Shown piece after piece: positions 27,701 to 39,266 of a stretch of 64,000 bases of DNA. The stretch comes from Marsupella aquatica (taxonomy: Eukaryota; Plantae; Marchantiophyta), in NCBI GenBank assembly GCA_973895155.1, contig OZ316894.1:3620944-3684943 (forward strand), in the 5' to 3' direction. Both the position numbers and the translations under genes were made by a program. The notes below the pieces were generated by a model that saw nothing but the letters and a program-made list of their open reading frames with translations, was not told the origin of the DNA and did not search any database. Every line of letters starts with the position of its first letter. Within the stretch, counting starts at the first letter, position 1.

Positions 27701-29415
27701 CCTTACGGATGCTTCGCCAACGTGGTGATGCAAGAGTTGAACAGACTCTTGGGACAGAAGTTTACACTAGGATATGTGCAGACTACATTGACATATTTCT
27801 GAATACTAGTCTGAGTTTGCGACAGAGGATTGTCCATTGTGGGAAGGTGGGGTTCTTCTTTAGACTATGGCGTCAATGGTGCTTTCATGGAAACCATTCA
27901 GTGGGAGGGAATACACAACCAATCAGTTTCACAAAAAAATGCATTCCCATGCAAAGTTTCCTTGACATTCAGATGTCAGTTCATTTTGTGGTCCTGTTGG
28001 TAATCCAATTCAGAGACAATTTTCGACATCTTCCAGTGCCATTGCATTTGACTGGGTCAGATGCTTGTGAGCAGTTTTTTTCTGCTGTAGGAGGTATGAA
28101 TGGTCATGAACGAAGTTATGACTTGGCTGAGTTAGTAGAATGTGCTACCAATCGAAATCGATTGGCTGCAATGGATCTGGCAGAAGGAATGATGGGTGCA
28201 GGGAAGAGTCACAAGAAACATGAAAACATTTGGATGAAGCTCACTACAATCCCAACAGGAATTCCTACTGTAGCAGATCAAATGGACTATATAGGGATTG
28301 AAACCAATGGAGAAATAGTGATTGCACTGCAAGAAGGTTTTCAGCTTGCCCAAAATGCATGCACTGAATTACAAATGAACCCTTCCACATCTTGCAAAGA
28401 CAAGGTGTGGTGGAATTCCCCATGGAAGATGGAGGCTAAAGGGGTCAAGTTTGGTAGTTGGTGTGATGTGAATGTTGATACATTAGTAGATGGAGGGGCA
28501 GATGTGGAGGAATCTGAGGAAGGTGAAACAACCTCTCATGAGCCTGCATCCTCATCTACTTCAACAGAAGTTGTAGAGCCTAAGGACTCTGAGTTACCTG
28601 TCCCAACAGAACAACTTTTGATATATGCAGACCCAGATGTAGAGGGAGTTGTTGCTCAAATGGAGGCCACCATGGGGATCATGCATTCTGACTTGATATA
28701 TGGAGCAGCAACACAAGATGTGAAGCCAACCGTTGAATACCAAAATCGGTCCATTTACAAAAGTACTTTGGTCAGCCAACTGACCCACAACCCTCTCCTC
28801 AGCAAAGACAGATTGACTCGGATAAAGCAAAATCATTACTTCAATAATTTAGTGGACAAACCCAATGTTAGGGCAGGTGTTCAAACAATGTTTGTAACAG
28901 TAGGTTCAGATTGTGGAGTACTATTCTTGGATGATACATACAGTGCTCGTGAAACTAGAAGTTCATAAGCAATTTCACGAACATTGAGAGGAAAAGGACA
29001 AAGAAAGAGAGGAAGCAGCAGATCAGATGATTTTGTTCCAAATCCGAAGAGGCCAAGAGGTGCAGCTGTGGCAATGTATTCAACTACAACACCAAAATAT
29101 ATGTGGTGGATAGGCAGAATACAAAGTATACACAAAAAATATGATGGGAAACAGGACAGAGCAAGAGGTGAATTGGATTTGCTTGATAGGCCTGGTGGTG
29201 AGGAGGCATGTAAAATTATGTTCCAATGGTTTTCTCCAATTGGAACTAGTAGGCATAAATTTGCCTACAATGTGTGTGATCCACAATTTATCGATTTGGA
29301 CTGTGTCATATCAACAGTCCACTTGACAGTGGATCCACTATGCCCAGGAGTTTTTCAATTGCATCCAGATGATGCAGTTTCTCTTGATAATTTTGCCAAA
29401 AACAAAATTCAGTAA
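24718..29415 (+). CDS. P-element-like DDE transposase: exons 24718-26882 + 27000-28968 (1377 aa); same frame continues past one TAA to 29415 (1526 aa)
   Basis: GT-AG intron 26883-26999 joins the two ORFs in frame (VR|WLPK). Ordered motifs AEDET, ASDGD, DQDFIHNGKKLVN, DRQNWASAQRLCS, GSDACEQFFS parallel the P/THAP9 DE, D, DxxHxxK..N, DK/R..A..+S and QD.LE.FF motifs. N-terminal CxxC...H...H zinc fingers. Confidence 0.8.
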
Positions 29416-29740
29416 TCTTATATATGTAACAGGGTAAGCAATTTTCAGTGTTTATGCATGTATCTTTTAAGTTTCTGATTGCTATGAAAGGCTTTTGAAT
29501 GAGATTTTGATCCTGCCTCTGATATTTCAATCCTTGTTGGATCACAGAGTTGACAGGGAAATTATCCACCATGTCTAAGTAACAATTTCAGTCAAAGAAG
29601 ATGTTATGGTATTACTCCCATATTTCTCAGTATTAATTTTCTTGTGTTATGAGTATTGTCTAGAATCAATTATTAATGTGTGGTTTGATAAATCAGGTTC
29701 AGAAGAAATTGCCAAGAACTTTGCTGATCATTTGGTGTGA

Positions 29741-29840
29741 AGGATGAAGGCATTACCTGGTTTGGATAGGTCAGGATGAAGGCATTACCTGGTTGGTTAG
29801 CTCAGGATGAAGGCATTACCTGGTTGGTTAGCTCAGGATG
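29741..29840. repeat. ~31-bp tandem repeat x3
   Basis: Unit AGGATGAAGGCATTACCTGGTTGGTTAGCTC, downstream of the transposase ORF. Confidence 0.9.
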
Positions 29841-30758
29841 GAAGAATTTAGCATGAGTGTATATGCAATTGTTCCTCTAGGGTACTAGAGCATCATATTC
29901 ACTTTCTTAGATGTAGTATTAGTTTAGTTCACCTTTCGGCATGATGTCTATAAGTAACCTGATATATTATTATCTGGTACTAGTTTTGTTTACCTATATA
30001 AAAGGTGTAGCCTGTGTAAGATCAAGTTTTTGATGCAAAACAATATCAATATGCATAATCTATATTTATGATTCTAAATCGTTTGCATGTTTATATAGCA
30101 TTCATACTTTTAAAAAGTCAAGGGTGTTTTCAATTATTTGGAAACCTCTTTTATAAGTTACTCAAGGGTCAAATTTAATAGTAAAAATTAATATTTTTAT
30201 ATTAACAAGAGATATTTTAATGAAGAAAAAAATATTAAGAAGGGGTACAAGGGGGGGGGTCTGTTCTCAGGGGGGTTCACTTAATATACTAAGAGTGAGG
30301 GCCCAGGGGAACTGTCCCTCTGTGTTCATTAGTCATGGTTACAACTTGCATGTGAACCTTATTAGTTATAAACATGAGTATATAGAGTCCCAAATGGTTC
30401 TGTTGTGTGACCCGGGGGTCTCCATTGGTCTCTCCTGTGACAATAAATGGTCACACGCTAGTCGTTGTTGAATGCGAGTAAGTCATGTATTTGACTTACC
30501 ATGTGACTCGTTAAAGTCATATTGCAGTCACGTAGAAACAAGACTAGACTCCACAATAAAGTCACAGATCAGTCACAAATGGGTATCAAGCAAGTTGCAA
30601 AGCCCAGTATCAATAGTGACTTCCATTTTTTGGTCTCAACTTTTGCAACTCCAAGGGTCACAGTGTGGGTCAAGTCACATTGAGTCACAATGAAGTCACA
30701 TGAGCCAAAATGAGTCACATATTGCAGTCTCAGCTCACCTCGGATTCTTCTAGTGTAC

Positions 30759-30980
30759 CTAGGCCTCCATCACAGCGGTTACAAGTTGACCTTACCATGG
30801 TCTATGACTGATGGTCAGTGTACTTTGGCAGATGTAGTGGGGCACACCTGTTGCGCCAAGACATCATCCGGACAGCGACAACAATGGCAAGGGCAGCAGC
30901 ATCACGAGCGACAATGACAAAAGAGACCAAATATGTTGCACGAGCTTCCTTTGATAGCTTCCCACGCTTCCAAGTTCTCC
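30759..30980 (+). mobile_element. 3' half of the CRE-like retrotransposon relic (RLE domain)
   Basis: Continues the pre-insertion frame: LPRPPSQRLQVDL...DGQCTLADVV.AH...ARAAASRATMTKETKY...SF. This fits the RLE D...DV.V.H...AA....K..KY pattern. Confidence 0.7.
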
Positions 30981-31793
30981 AGGATCCCACATGCTTTGTT
31001 TACATAATCATAGTTGATCACAATGACTCATGTAACCAGGCACATAACTTTGATACAACACTCTCGAGAACACTTAAAAATGTTTCCAAGTTTTTGTCTC
31101 TCATTGAATTTAAAAATTGCTATTAATAGGGAGATGGGGTCATCCAACTAATTGAATATGTAACAGATTCTATGTGGAGCCTAAAAGTATTATGCTTCAA
31201 TCAGCAAAACAAATGACTTATGAAAAGTTCCCAAAGATAGATTTTTGAATATATAAGATTGAGTGTTAGGAGATGTTCAAAAAAGTTAGTAGCCTGAGCC
31301 AAGTAGTCCCTGTGTAGTGGAGGCGTACCCAACTACAACTATAACGAACTTGATGCATTATTGGATTTGTGAGGGCCGACCTCCCAAAGGGTCTGGTCAA
31401 GTCCTGAATCCATTTAGTTTATGGTCCATCAAGTCCAGAGGGCTAAGGACAGTTTCCTTCCACTAAGTTATTCCAATTCCATCATTTAGTATCACTCGGC
31501 TACGTTATTCCAATTCGGTCATTTAAATAGGATAACTCTGATATAGAATCTTACACAGTTCTAACTGGCAGTTCGACTTCACAATCCGATTTACAGAAGG
31601 CACGGTTTTGAAGCCTGGGGATGCTGCTTTGTGTTTGAAGAAGCAACAGTAGATGTTGGACCAGATGAATAGCTAAAATTGTCGTAGATTTTATATCCAC
31701 AAGAGAGGACCGGGTCATGATTTCTAACAATTGCATTGACCACATCTACCGCCTGATCATCCTTCATATATGTAAGGAGAACAAATGCGGGCA

Positions 31794-33467
31794 CTATTCA
31801 AGGATGAAACCCAGAAATACCACAGGAGTTGGTCCAAGAGATTTAATCACTTTTTCATGACTTGCTTTAAAATATCTATGAGGCTTTCGGGCATCATCGT
31901 CCCTCAGTATCAAACATCTTTCAGCATCCCTTCGTGCTCCCTCTTCATCACGCATTAAATAGTTTACAAACCCCCTGTGTTTTCTGCATTCGTATTCATC
32001 TCCGATCGTTTTCAAGCTCGACGTCAGGTCTTCCAGAGCTCCATGTAAATCACCTGCCATTCGCTTTAGAATGCCCCTTTCTTGTAAGAAGAATGCTCGA
32101 CTCTGATAAGGTAACACTCTTGCATTGATGACGTCAAAGAGTGCCAAGGCACCCAAGAAGTCTGACCCCTCATCAACCTTCTGCATTGCTTGGGAATGCA
32201 CGGACAACATTAGGTTCTCATGCTCAAGCATGTCTTTCGATCCCTCCAATTTGAAATCCATATACGTCACTGGTTCGTCTCCCAGAGAAGGCAGAAACGT
32301 TGAGAGTTTTTTGCTGTGACGCTGCATGTGCAGAGCCATCTCCCCATCAATTTGTGCTCGCTCTAGATCCCCCAACAAGAAATTTACGTAGCCCCTGTGT
32401 TTCCAACAATCATACAGCAGCGACCTCCCATACGGTACCGACAAGAAAATTCCCAAAGCACCGGTAAGGTCTTTCAGAGCTCCGACCAGATCTCCCATCA
32501 TAAGTTTAGTGATGCCTTTCTCTTGCAACACAAACCCGTCGATATAGGGGTTTCCAAACTGATTAAGGCGCGACAAACGTTCCAAAGCTTCCTTATAGTC
32601 TGATTTCCTGACCTTCTCTATGAACTGTGCGTGAATCATCCTGACCATACGCCACTGCCCGAATCCGATCAAAGTTTCCGGACGCCATTCAGGGTCGTCG
32701 TCCCTATCTTTGCCACCTTCATTCAAAATTTGGTGTTTCCTTGAGGATGCACTAACTGCTTCCCAAACAGAATCCTGTTCATCGGGCAATGACCCTACCG
32801 ACCCTTTGAGTGCCTGATCAATCTTTGAATTTACTATCTTGACCACATTTGAATCTTCTCCGACATGAGGTAAAGATTTCAGAAGCCTTGCAGGGTAGGC
32901 GTCCTCCTCTTCCCCACCTTTATTCAAGATTTGGAGTTTCAGTGAGTCTGCTCCAATTGCTTCCGAAACAGAATCGTGTTCATCGGGCAATGACCCTACC
33001 GACCCTTTGAGTGTCCGATCAATCTTCGAATTTCCTACCTTGACCACACTTGACTCTTGTCCAATTCCGATCGAAGATTTCGGAAGCCTAGCAAGGTAGT
33101 CGTCCCCACCTTCCGCACCTTCACTGAAGACTAGTAGTTCCCTTAAGTCTCCTCCAGTTGCTTCCGAAACGGAATCGTTTTCATCGGGGAATGACCCTAC
33201 CGACCCTTTGGGCGCCCGATCAATCTCCGAATGTCCTAGCTCATCCTGTTCGTGCTGTCTTGCTAGATTGGACGAAGCAGTCGGTATGCTTCCTGCAAAA
33301 TACCCTATTTCAGAAAACAGAAATCCAGGCTCAAACGTCCATTTTAAGGGCATCATGTGGTTTAAACTCTGATTTGTAGCCGAGTCACGGAAAAAGAAGA
33401 AGCTGGTGGTTGAGAGTTTTGAGCCCATCAATGCCAAGAAGAGCAGTAGTAATAGGACACAAATCAA
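31794..33467 (-). CDS. TPR-like protein with three 67-aa acidic repeats and a duplicated TPR module (possibly part of a larger decayed gene)
   Basis: 557-aa open frame. KGSVGS(L/F)PDE.DSV.EA recurs every 201 bp (32788, 32989, 33190). Two copies of LQE(K/R)GI.K.M.GDL.GAL.DLT..L...Y.C.KHRG(Y/F)VN. The start codon is uncertain. Confidence 0.65.
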   Translation of the reverse strand: MICVLLLLLFLALMGSKLSTTSFFFFRDSATNQSLNHMMPLKWTFEPGFLFSEIGYFAGSIPTASSNLARQHEQDELGHSEIDRAPKGSVGSFPDENDSVSEATGGDLRELLVFSEGAEGGDDYLARLPKSSIGIGQESSVVKVGNSKIDRTLKGSVGSLPDEHDSVSEAIGADSLKLQILNKGGEEEDAYPARLLKSLPHVGEDSNVVKIVNSKIDQALKGSVGSLPDEQDSVWEAVSASSRKHQILNEGGKDRDDDPEWRPETLIGFGQWRMVRMIHAQFIEKVRKSDYKEALERLSRLNQFGNPYIDGFVLQEKGITKLMMGDLVGALKDLTGALGIFLSVPYGRSLLYDCWKHRGYVNFLLGDLERAQIDGEMALHMQRHSKKLSTFLPSLGDEPVTYMDFKLEGSKDMLEHENLMLSVHSQAMQKVDEGSDFLGALALFDVINARVLPYQSRAFFLQERGILKRMAGDLHGALEDLTSSLKTIGDEYECRKHRGFVNYLMRDEEGARRDAERCLILRDDDARKPHRYFKASHEKVIKSLGPTPVVFLGFILE

Positions 33468-34346
33468 CTTTCAATACAATGTTCCAACGTTCAATACGAT
33501 GTACCGACTCAGATTTTGCAGATATTGTTGAATAAAGTAATTCTAAGTAGTTCAAATCAGAAATCGTCAAGCTCATGAGTCGGACATCGTAGCATTTCAG
33601 GACATGTTAGCTCAGTATAATGTTTAGGCTAGCTCTGACCCAACAATAAATAAGCTGGGTAGATCGGGGACTCAATTACCACATCCTTGCTGTAGCAAAA
33701 TGATTTCACTAAACTTACCTCCTCGTTGTGAGACCATAAAGCTCTTCAGCAAGGTATCCCCAACCCATGGCGTTGCTCTAAGACTTGAGGTGCTAGTAGT
33801 CCCTTCCACACCAGGTACTATCCCATGGCTAGGGACATCAAAACCTGCAGAAATCAACCACTTCCATAATTTATGTTTCATAATCAAGTTTAAACAAGTC
33901 ACTATTATTCATCAACATGGTCTCCATCTTCTTCTGGAGATGTAAGGATATAATTATGCATCAATGAATATGGAGTAACCTTAAGATAACACCTAATTAA
34001 CATCTCCGTAGAATTTGATCATAAACTGTCTTTGTTAAATTAAGACCATGTAAATAACTTTGAACATACCTCACACAGGAGTCGACAAACCTCTATTAGC
34101 TTCCTTATAAGCATTAAAGTAAAGATAAGGACAAGTTACAAACTAATTTAAATTGTATTAAGAGTATCTTAAAGCCCATAGTTGACTAATTGAACCAAAT
34201 AGAAAACATTACATCAAAAACTATGTAACCAGAGTAAGAGCATTAAATAGGTATTGGAAAATATGCTATTCAACAAATTGGGGTGAATCAAGCATGAAGT
34301 CAAGTCAGAATGTACACTAAACCAAAATAAGCCTTATACAAGAGCT

Positions 34347-35340
34347 CTACAGTACTTCTTTTCTTAAATTCAGAAATAATATAGATTTGAATGCCATAAC
34401 TTGGAGGTAAAAATATAATGAGTGAATACCATGTACATGCAACAAATATGTTGCAATGCCAAGTGAAAGCACTATGGCAAGCCCATAAGCTTCAAAGAAG
34501 TCCCGCTGTGATCCAAGAACAACATGGCAGCCCAGCAACAACAGCCAGCTCGCTATAAGGAACCCCGTCCATGGGCTAGGGATCAAACCATCCAAAACTA
34601 TCACAAGAAAGGTGTATGTCAGTATATGGAAATCAAAACTGACTAGTGCTTTCAAATCTTATGGATTGGTTACCTCCAAAATTCTGAAAATTGCAAGAAG
34701 AAATTACTTACAGAGTGAAAGTTGTAAATGGAGGGAAACAACTGTGATTCAAAATTCGATCTGAAATTGAAATTGGTGGATGTAACCAGAAAACCACCTG
34801 AAATCCAAAACTCTCGTTGAACCTTTGCTGCTTCACTGTGTAATTTGAAGATGACTCCCGCTTCCACTTCTACAGTATTTGAAGCAATATAGACTCTTTT
34901 TGAAAACATGGGAAAGGAAGAAGGTTCTTCAAACAAGAGCTCGTCTAGTACATTCTCAATCTGCACAAAAAGGTAAATCATCATGTGATAGAAAAACTCA
35001 TGATAATAAGATATGACTTTTGCCTCCACACATTTACCTTCATTTGCATTTATAGGCCCTGGCAGAATTACTGATATAGCTACACCATTCTAACACTTTG
35101 CTATTTTAACTTATTGAAAATGATAACTAAGGACTTTGACAAAACAACACATTCTAGATCAGGGCTTTGAAAGAATGATTTCACTACAAGTTGCATGGTT
35201 ACCTTCTTGTACTGGAAGATGGTTACATCTGTGCTTCTTTCTGTTTCTGTGATTCCAACTTTCAAGGTTGCATTTTCAAGATTAAACCCTCTTACTATCC
35301 ACATTGGAGAATTGCCTGCATATATGGAAGACAACTTAGT
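34347..35340 (-). pseudogene. Decayed coding relic, hydrophobic/membrane-like
   Basis: Consecutive same-strand ORF pieces (35101-35334, 34670-35029, 34347-34655) separated by stops and frameshifts. The last piece has TM-like segments. Family not recognised. Confidence 0.35.
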
Positions 35341-35918
35341 TCCAATAAAAACAAAGTTAATGTAAATCCTAAACTGTAATGCACAGTTGCACCAAAAATG
35401 GCATGCTTGTCATTCAGATTTGGAGTGTCCTTTTGGTTGAGAATAATTGAACCTGTAAATATGGAACCACTATGGGTAAGAAAAAAAGGAGGATGTGAAG
35501 AAACCTAGACGTACAGGGCGGCCAGGTGTGCATAAACCAGGTACACAAGGATGCACAAGACAAGTACTATTGTACCTTCAGGTACATTATTCTTAGGAGA
35601 CCCAGGTACAAAGAGGATAGACCGATAGAGGTCCTGTAAGGAGGTACATTTGTACGAGCAGAGCACAACTTTTAAGAGAGAGAGAGAGAGGAGCGTAACT
35701 TCTTTCCCTTTGGAAGTTCGGAGTTTGGAGCTTTATATTCCAAGCCTATGTGAGCTCATAAGGGCTCCTGGCATTTAATTAGGACTTTTAAGCAAAAACA
35801 ACTACCAAATGGCCAGAAGAGGGAGAGCAATGAGGGAGAGTGAAGAGGAAGCAACGATGACTCCTGAGACGACCTGGCCCTCGCCTCGATCCAAACAATG
35901 TATTTTTTAGGTGCAAAC

Positions 35919-36091
35919 CCCTGGGCCCTCAGTCTTAACTAATATGTGGAGAACGTATGAACGCTCGAAGGGTAGTTTTTATTCGTAATAAGGAAACTTT
36001 TAATTGTAAAATGTAAATAACAAGGGGTAAACACGAAAAGGACCCGATCGTAGGGGGGTCCACTTCTTTTACATGGAGTGAGGGCCCAGGG
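35919..36091. mobile_element. 173-bp MITE sharing TIRs with the P-like element
   Basis: Ends CCCTGGGCCCTCA / TGAGGGCCCAGGG. 8-bp TSD GTGCAAAC at 35911-35918 and 36092-36099. Confidence 0.92.
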
Positions 36092-37239
36092 GTGCAAACT
36101 TTTGCCAGATTCCACATCCCCAAAATGTGTTCACCATTTTTTCCGCCACTTCTGCCAAAAGTTTGCTAGATTCTTTGCATATCATTGGCCACTCTCCCAC
36201 CAAATCATGGAACGCATTTGCCAAAATCAAACAGTTGTACGTAAATCTAGGGATAATTATGTGACAAAGAGGATATAATTCAAGAAAATTTGTTGAAGAA
36301 TACTCTAGCATGTCCTACCTTTGAGAGGCTGACATTTGCCACAATGGCTAGAAACAAAAAATTAATGTTTTAAACCCGGGACCCCAAGGTCCCATCCCCA
36401 ACCCTAACTCAATCTTGCCCTGGGTTCCAACTCCCCAACAACCCCTCAGTTGTTGTTATGTCTTGCCACTTTAATTTGTTTAGCACAAGAAGAGGCATGG
36501 GATGGGGGCCAAAATATCTGGACCAAAGTTGGTCCGGGGGGTGGTAGGTCCTTTAATGTTGGAAAGTGTTGCAAACCACACCACCACCCCAAGGGGGCAT
36601 GGTATTGGCGGCGAAGTAAACTTGGATGAGCCTACCAAAGGGGTTCCATGCAAAGAGGTAGGCAAATTGTTTTGTTAAAAAGTGGGCTGAGTCGTGCTGT
36701 TGCCCCAAGGGGAATTGGCATTGAATGGGGCGGCCAAAGCCAAGTAAGCAGCCACAGTCAACTTTAAGCAAACTAAGCTTAAAGTAACTAAAACAATTGG
36801 GGTTGCTGATGGGGTTCCAAGATATATGCAAGGGCAGGGAAAGGGCTGTTGAAAAGTCAGCCAAGCAACGCCGTTACCCTAGGGGGTCTCGACAGTGGGG
36901 CAGCCAATGCCAATTAAGTTATTGCAGCGGCTTTAAGTAAGAAGTTTAAGGTAACCAAAAATTTGGGGCCAATGGGGTTCTAAGATGCAAGGGGTGGCGA
37001 AGAAATGTTGTTGAAAAGTCAGCCAAGCCGTGTCATTATCCCAAGGGATCTTGGCATCACGCTCGGCATTGGGGCAGCCAAAGCCAAGTAAGTGGCCATG
37101 GTAACTTTAAGTAGAAAGCTTAAAGTAACAAAAACTCTGGGGTTATCAATGGGGCTTGAGGATGCAAGGGGTGGCAAAAAAGTGGCAACAACTTAACAAC
37201 TTTTTTACTTAACTTAACATGGTTTACTAGCAATATTTT

Positions 37240-38367
37240 CAATTGTACTTAAGAACATCTTTTACTTCACAACTTACATTTTTGTCAAACGACATTCCTT
37301 AAATACTTATCGACCATTTTGTACTTAGCAAAAAATACTTAATAACATCTTTGGTGAAACATCATCTTTTACCTGACCACATCTTGGACATAAAGACATC
37401 TTTGGCGCAACGACATCTTTTTTCTTCACAACATTTCTCACATGATAAGAACATTTTTTCTTCACGACACCTTTGGCAACACTACATCATAGTTCTTAAT
37501 GACATCTTCTTACTTCCCAACATCTTTCACATATAACGACATCTTTGGCAACATGACATATTTTTTCTTAACAACATCTTTGTCAACATGACATCTTTTT
37601 TCTAAACGAAATCTTTGGCAACACAACATCTTTTTTCTTAACAAAATTGTTGGCAACATGACACCTTTTTTCTTGACAACATCTTTGGCGACACGACATA
37701 TTTTTTCTTAACGACATCTTTTGTGCAATGCACGGGTATTGAGCTATCTTTCACATATTATGGACATATTGGGTGAAACGACACCTTTTTACTTATAACA
37801 TCTTTTACTTCACAATAACTTAGTTTGGCAAAATGACACCTTTTTCATATTGCCATCTTTCACATAATGGCATCTTTGGCAAAATGACTTCTTTTTTCTT
37901 AACGACATCTATTTACTACATGACATCTTTCAGATAACAACATCTTGGGCGACACTACATCTTTTGTGCAATGCACAGGTATTTTTCCTCAACGACGTCT
38001 TGGCCAAAACAACATCTGTTTTCTCAACGATGTCTTGGCTGACACGACATCTTTTTTCTCAATGACGTCTTGCCCGACACATCTTTTCTCTCAACGACGT
38101 CTTGGCCGACATGACATATGTTTTCTCAACGACTTCTTTGCCAACACAACATCCTCTGTCTCAATGACTTCTTGGCTGACACATTATTATTTTTATCAAC
38201 ATTGAGATCTTGGCCGACAGGACATCTTGGTCGACACAACATCTTTTGTTCTGAACGACACAACATCTTTCTTCTCAACAACCTCTTGGCCGACATGACC
38301 TATTTTTTTCTCAATGACATATTGGCCATCACGACATCTTTTGTGCAATGCACGGGTATTGAGCTAG
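37240..38367 (+). mobile_element. Non-autonomous Helitron-like 3' region with GACATCTT minisatellite
   Basis: Ends GTGCAATGCACGGGTATTGAG-CTAG|T (hairpin then CTAG, 38367). Two more hairpin copies at ~37723 and ~37965. Many ACGACATCTT-like units. 5' TC end not located. Confidence 0.7.
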
Positions 38368-39266
38368 TACATCTATTATAAGACCAATTTGATGGCTGCA
38401 TGAAAAGTAGAGCATTTGACAACTTTAAAACCAAAGAATCATCAAAAAAACTTACCGAGTTTGAATTTCTTCCCCTACTTGTTTGTTTAAGAGGGTTGCC
38501 TTGTACTAGGTTGTTTTTGGTTGGTCCTCCTTTTCTTAATCAAGTCTAAATTGCCTCCCCCCCCCCCCTCAAAACAAACCAAAAAACAAAAAAAACAAAA
38601 AACAACTTACCAGTTATAAGATCCAAGATGGTTTGTGGCGATCGATAAACATTTACTATGACAGGTGTCCAATCTTTTCGGAGCATCCAACATTTAAGGC
38701 CTGCATCTGTTTGTGACAACCCCATTTGTAACAACACCAATATCAGTATAACATATGGAGACAACAAGGTCCAGTCAACTACTACCTTCCAACTTTGTGT
38801 ATAGTAACCCATCCCCTCGAGTGTTGTAATCCACAAGGGTTGGAATCCCAAGGCCGGTTAGGCTGAGGGAATTCCACGCTTTGGCCCCCGAAGAGTGGAT
38901 GGGTTACCCACACTAGGCCTGACATGTTAATATCAAAACAGCTTTGATCCCGGACACTAATGTAGAGATTTAATTAAAACGAGGAATCCCAGGCCAAGCT
39001 GGCCACTGGATATGGGAGGGAAATGCTTACTAGACCCCCTTGTGGAATAAGTTTGCTTAATCAACCCCCTCTATATTTTTCCCCAATCTGGACCGTTGAT
39101 GGACCTTTCGATCTCAGATTTGGGCCGTTCATAGACCTCAGGGGGTAGATCAAGTAACAAGTTTCATTTTGAGGGTCATCAAGCAAATACCTCCTCGATA
39201 TGGCACCACAACTTTCAACTAAAGCAGGGGGATTGAATTGCTATTGGTGGACTAATTACAGAAAAT

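Larger units (their letters stand above)
19332..30308 (+). mobile_element. Nested 10,977-bp DNA transposon with P-element-like transposase and captured cargo
   Basis: TIR CCCTGGGCCCT (19332) and AGGGCCCAGGG (ends 30308). 8-bp TSD GAACTGTC at 19324-19331 and 30309-30316. Large internal spliced ORF. Confidence 0.92.
3075..30755 (+). mobile_element. Giant composite CACTA (En/Spm) transposon, 27,681 bp
   Basis: Left TIR CACTAGAAGAAACCGA (3075); right TIR TCGGATTCTTCTAGTG ending 30755 (15/16 match). 3-bp TSD TAC at 3072-3074 and 30756-30758. GTCAC/GTGAC subterminal repeats at ~30400-30720. Internal TnpD and TnpA relics. Confidence 0.95.
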
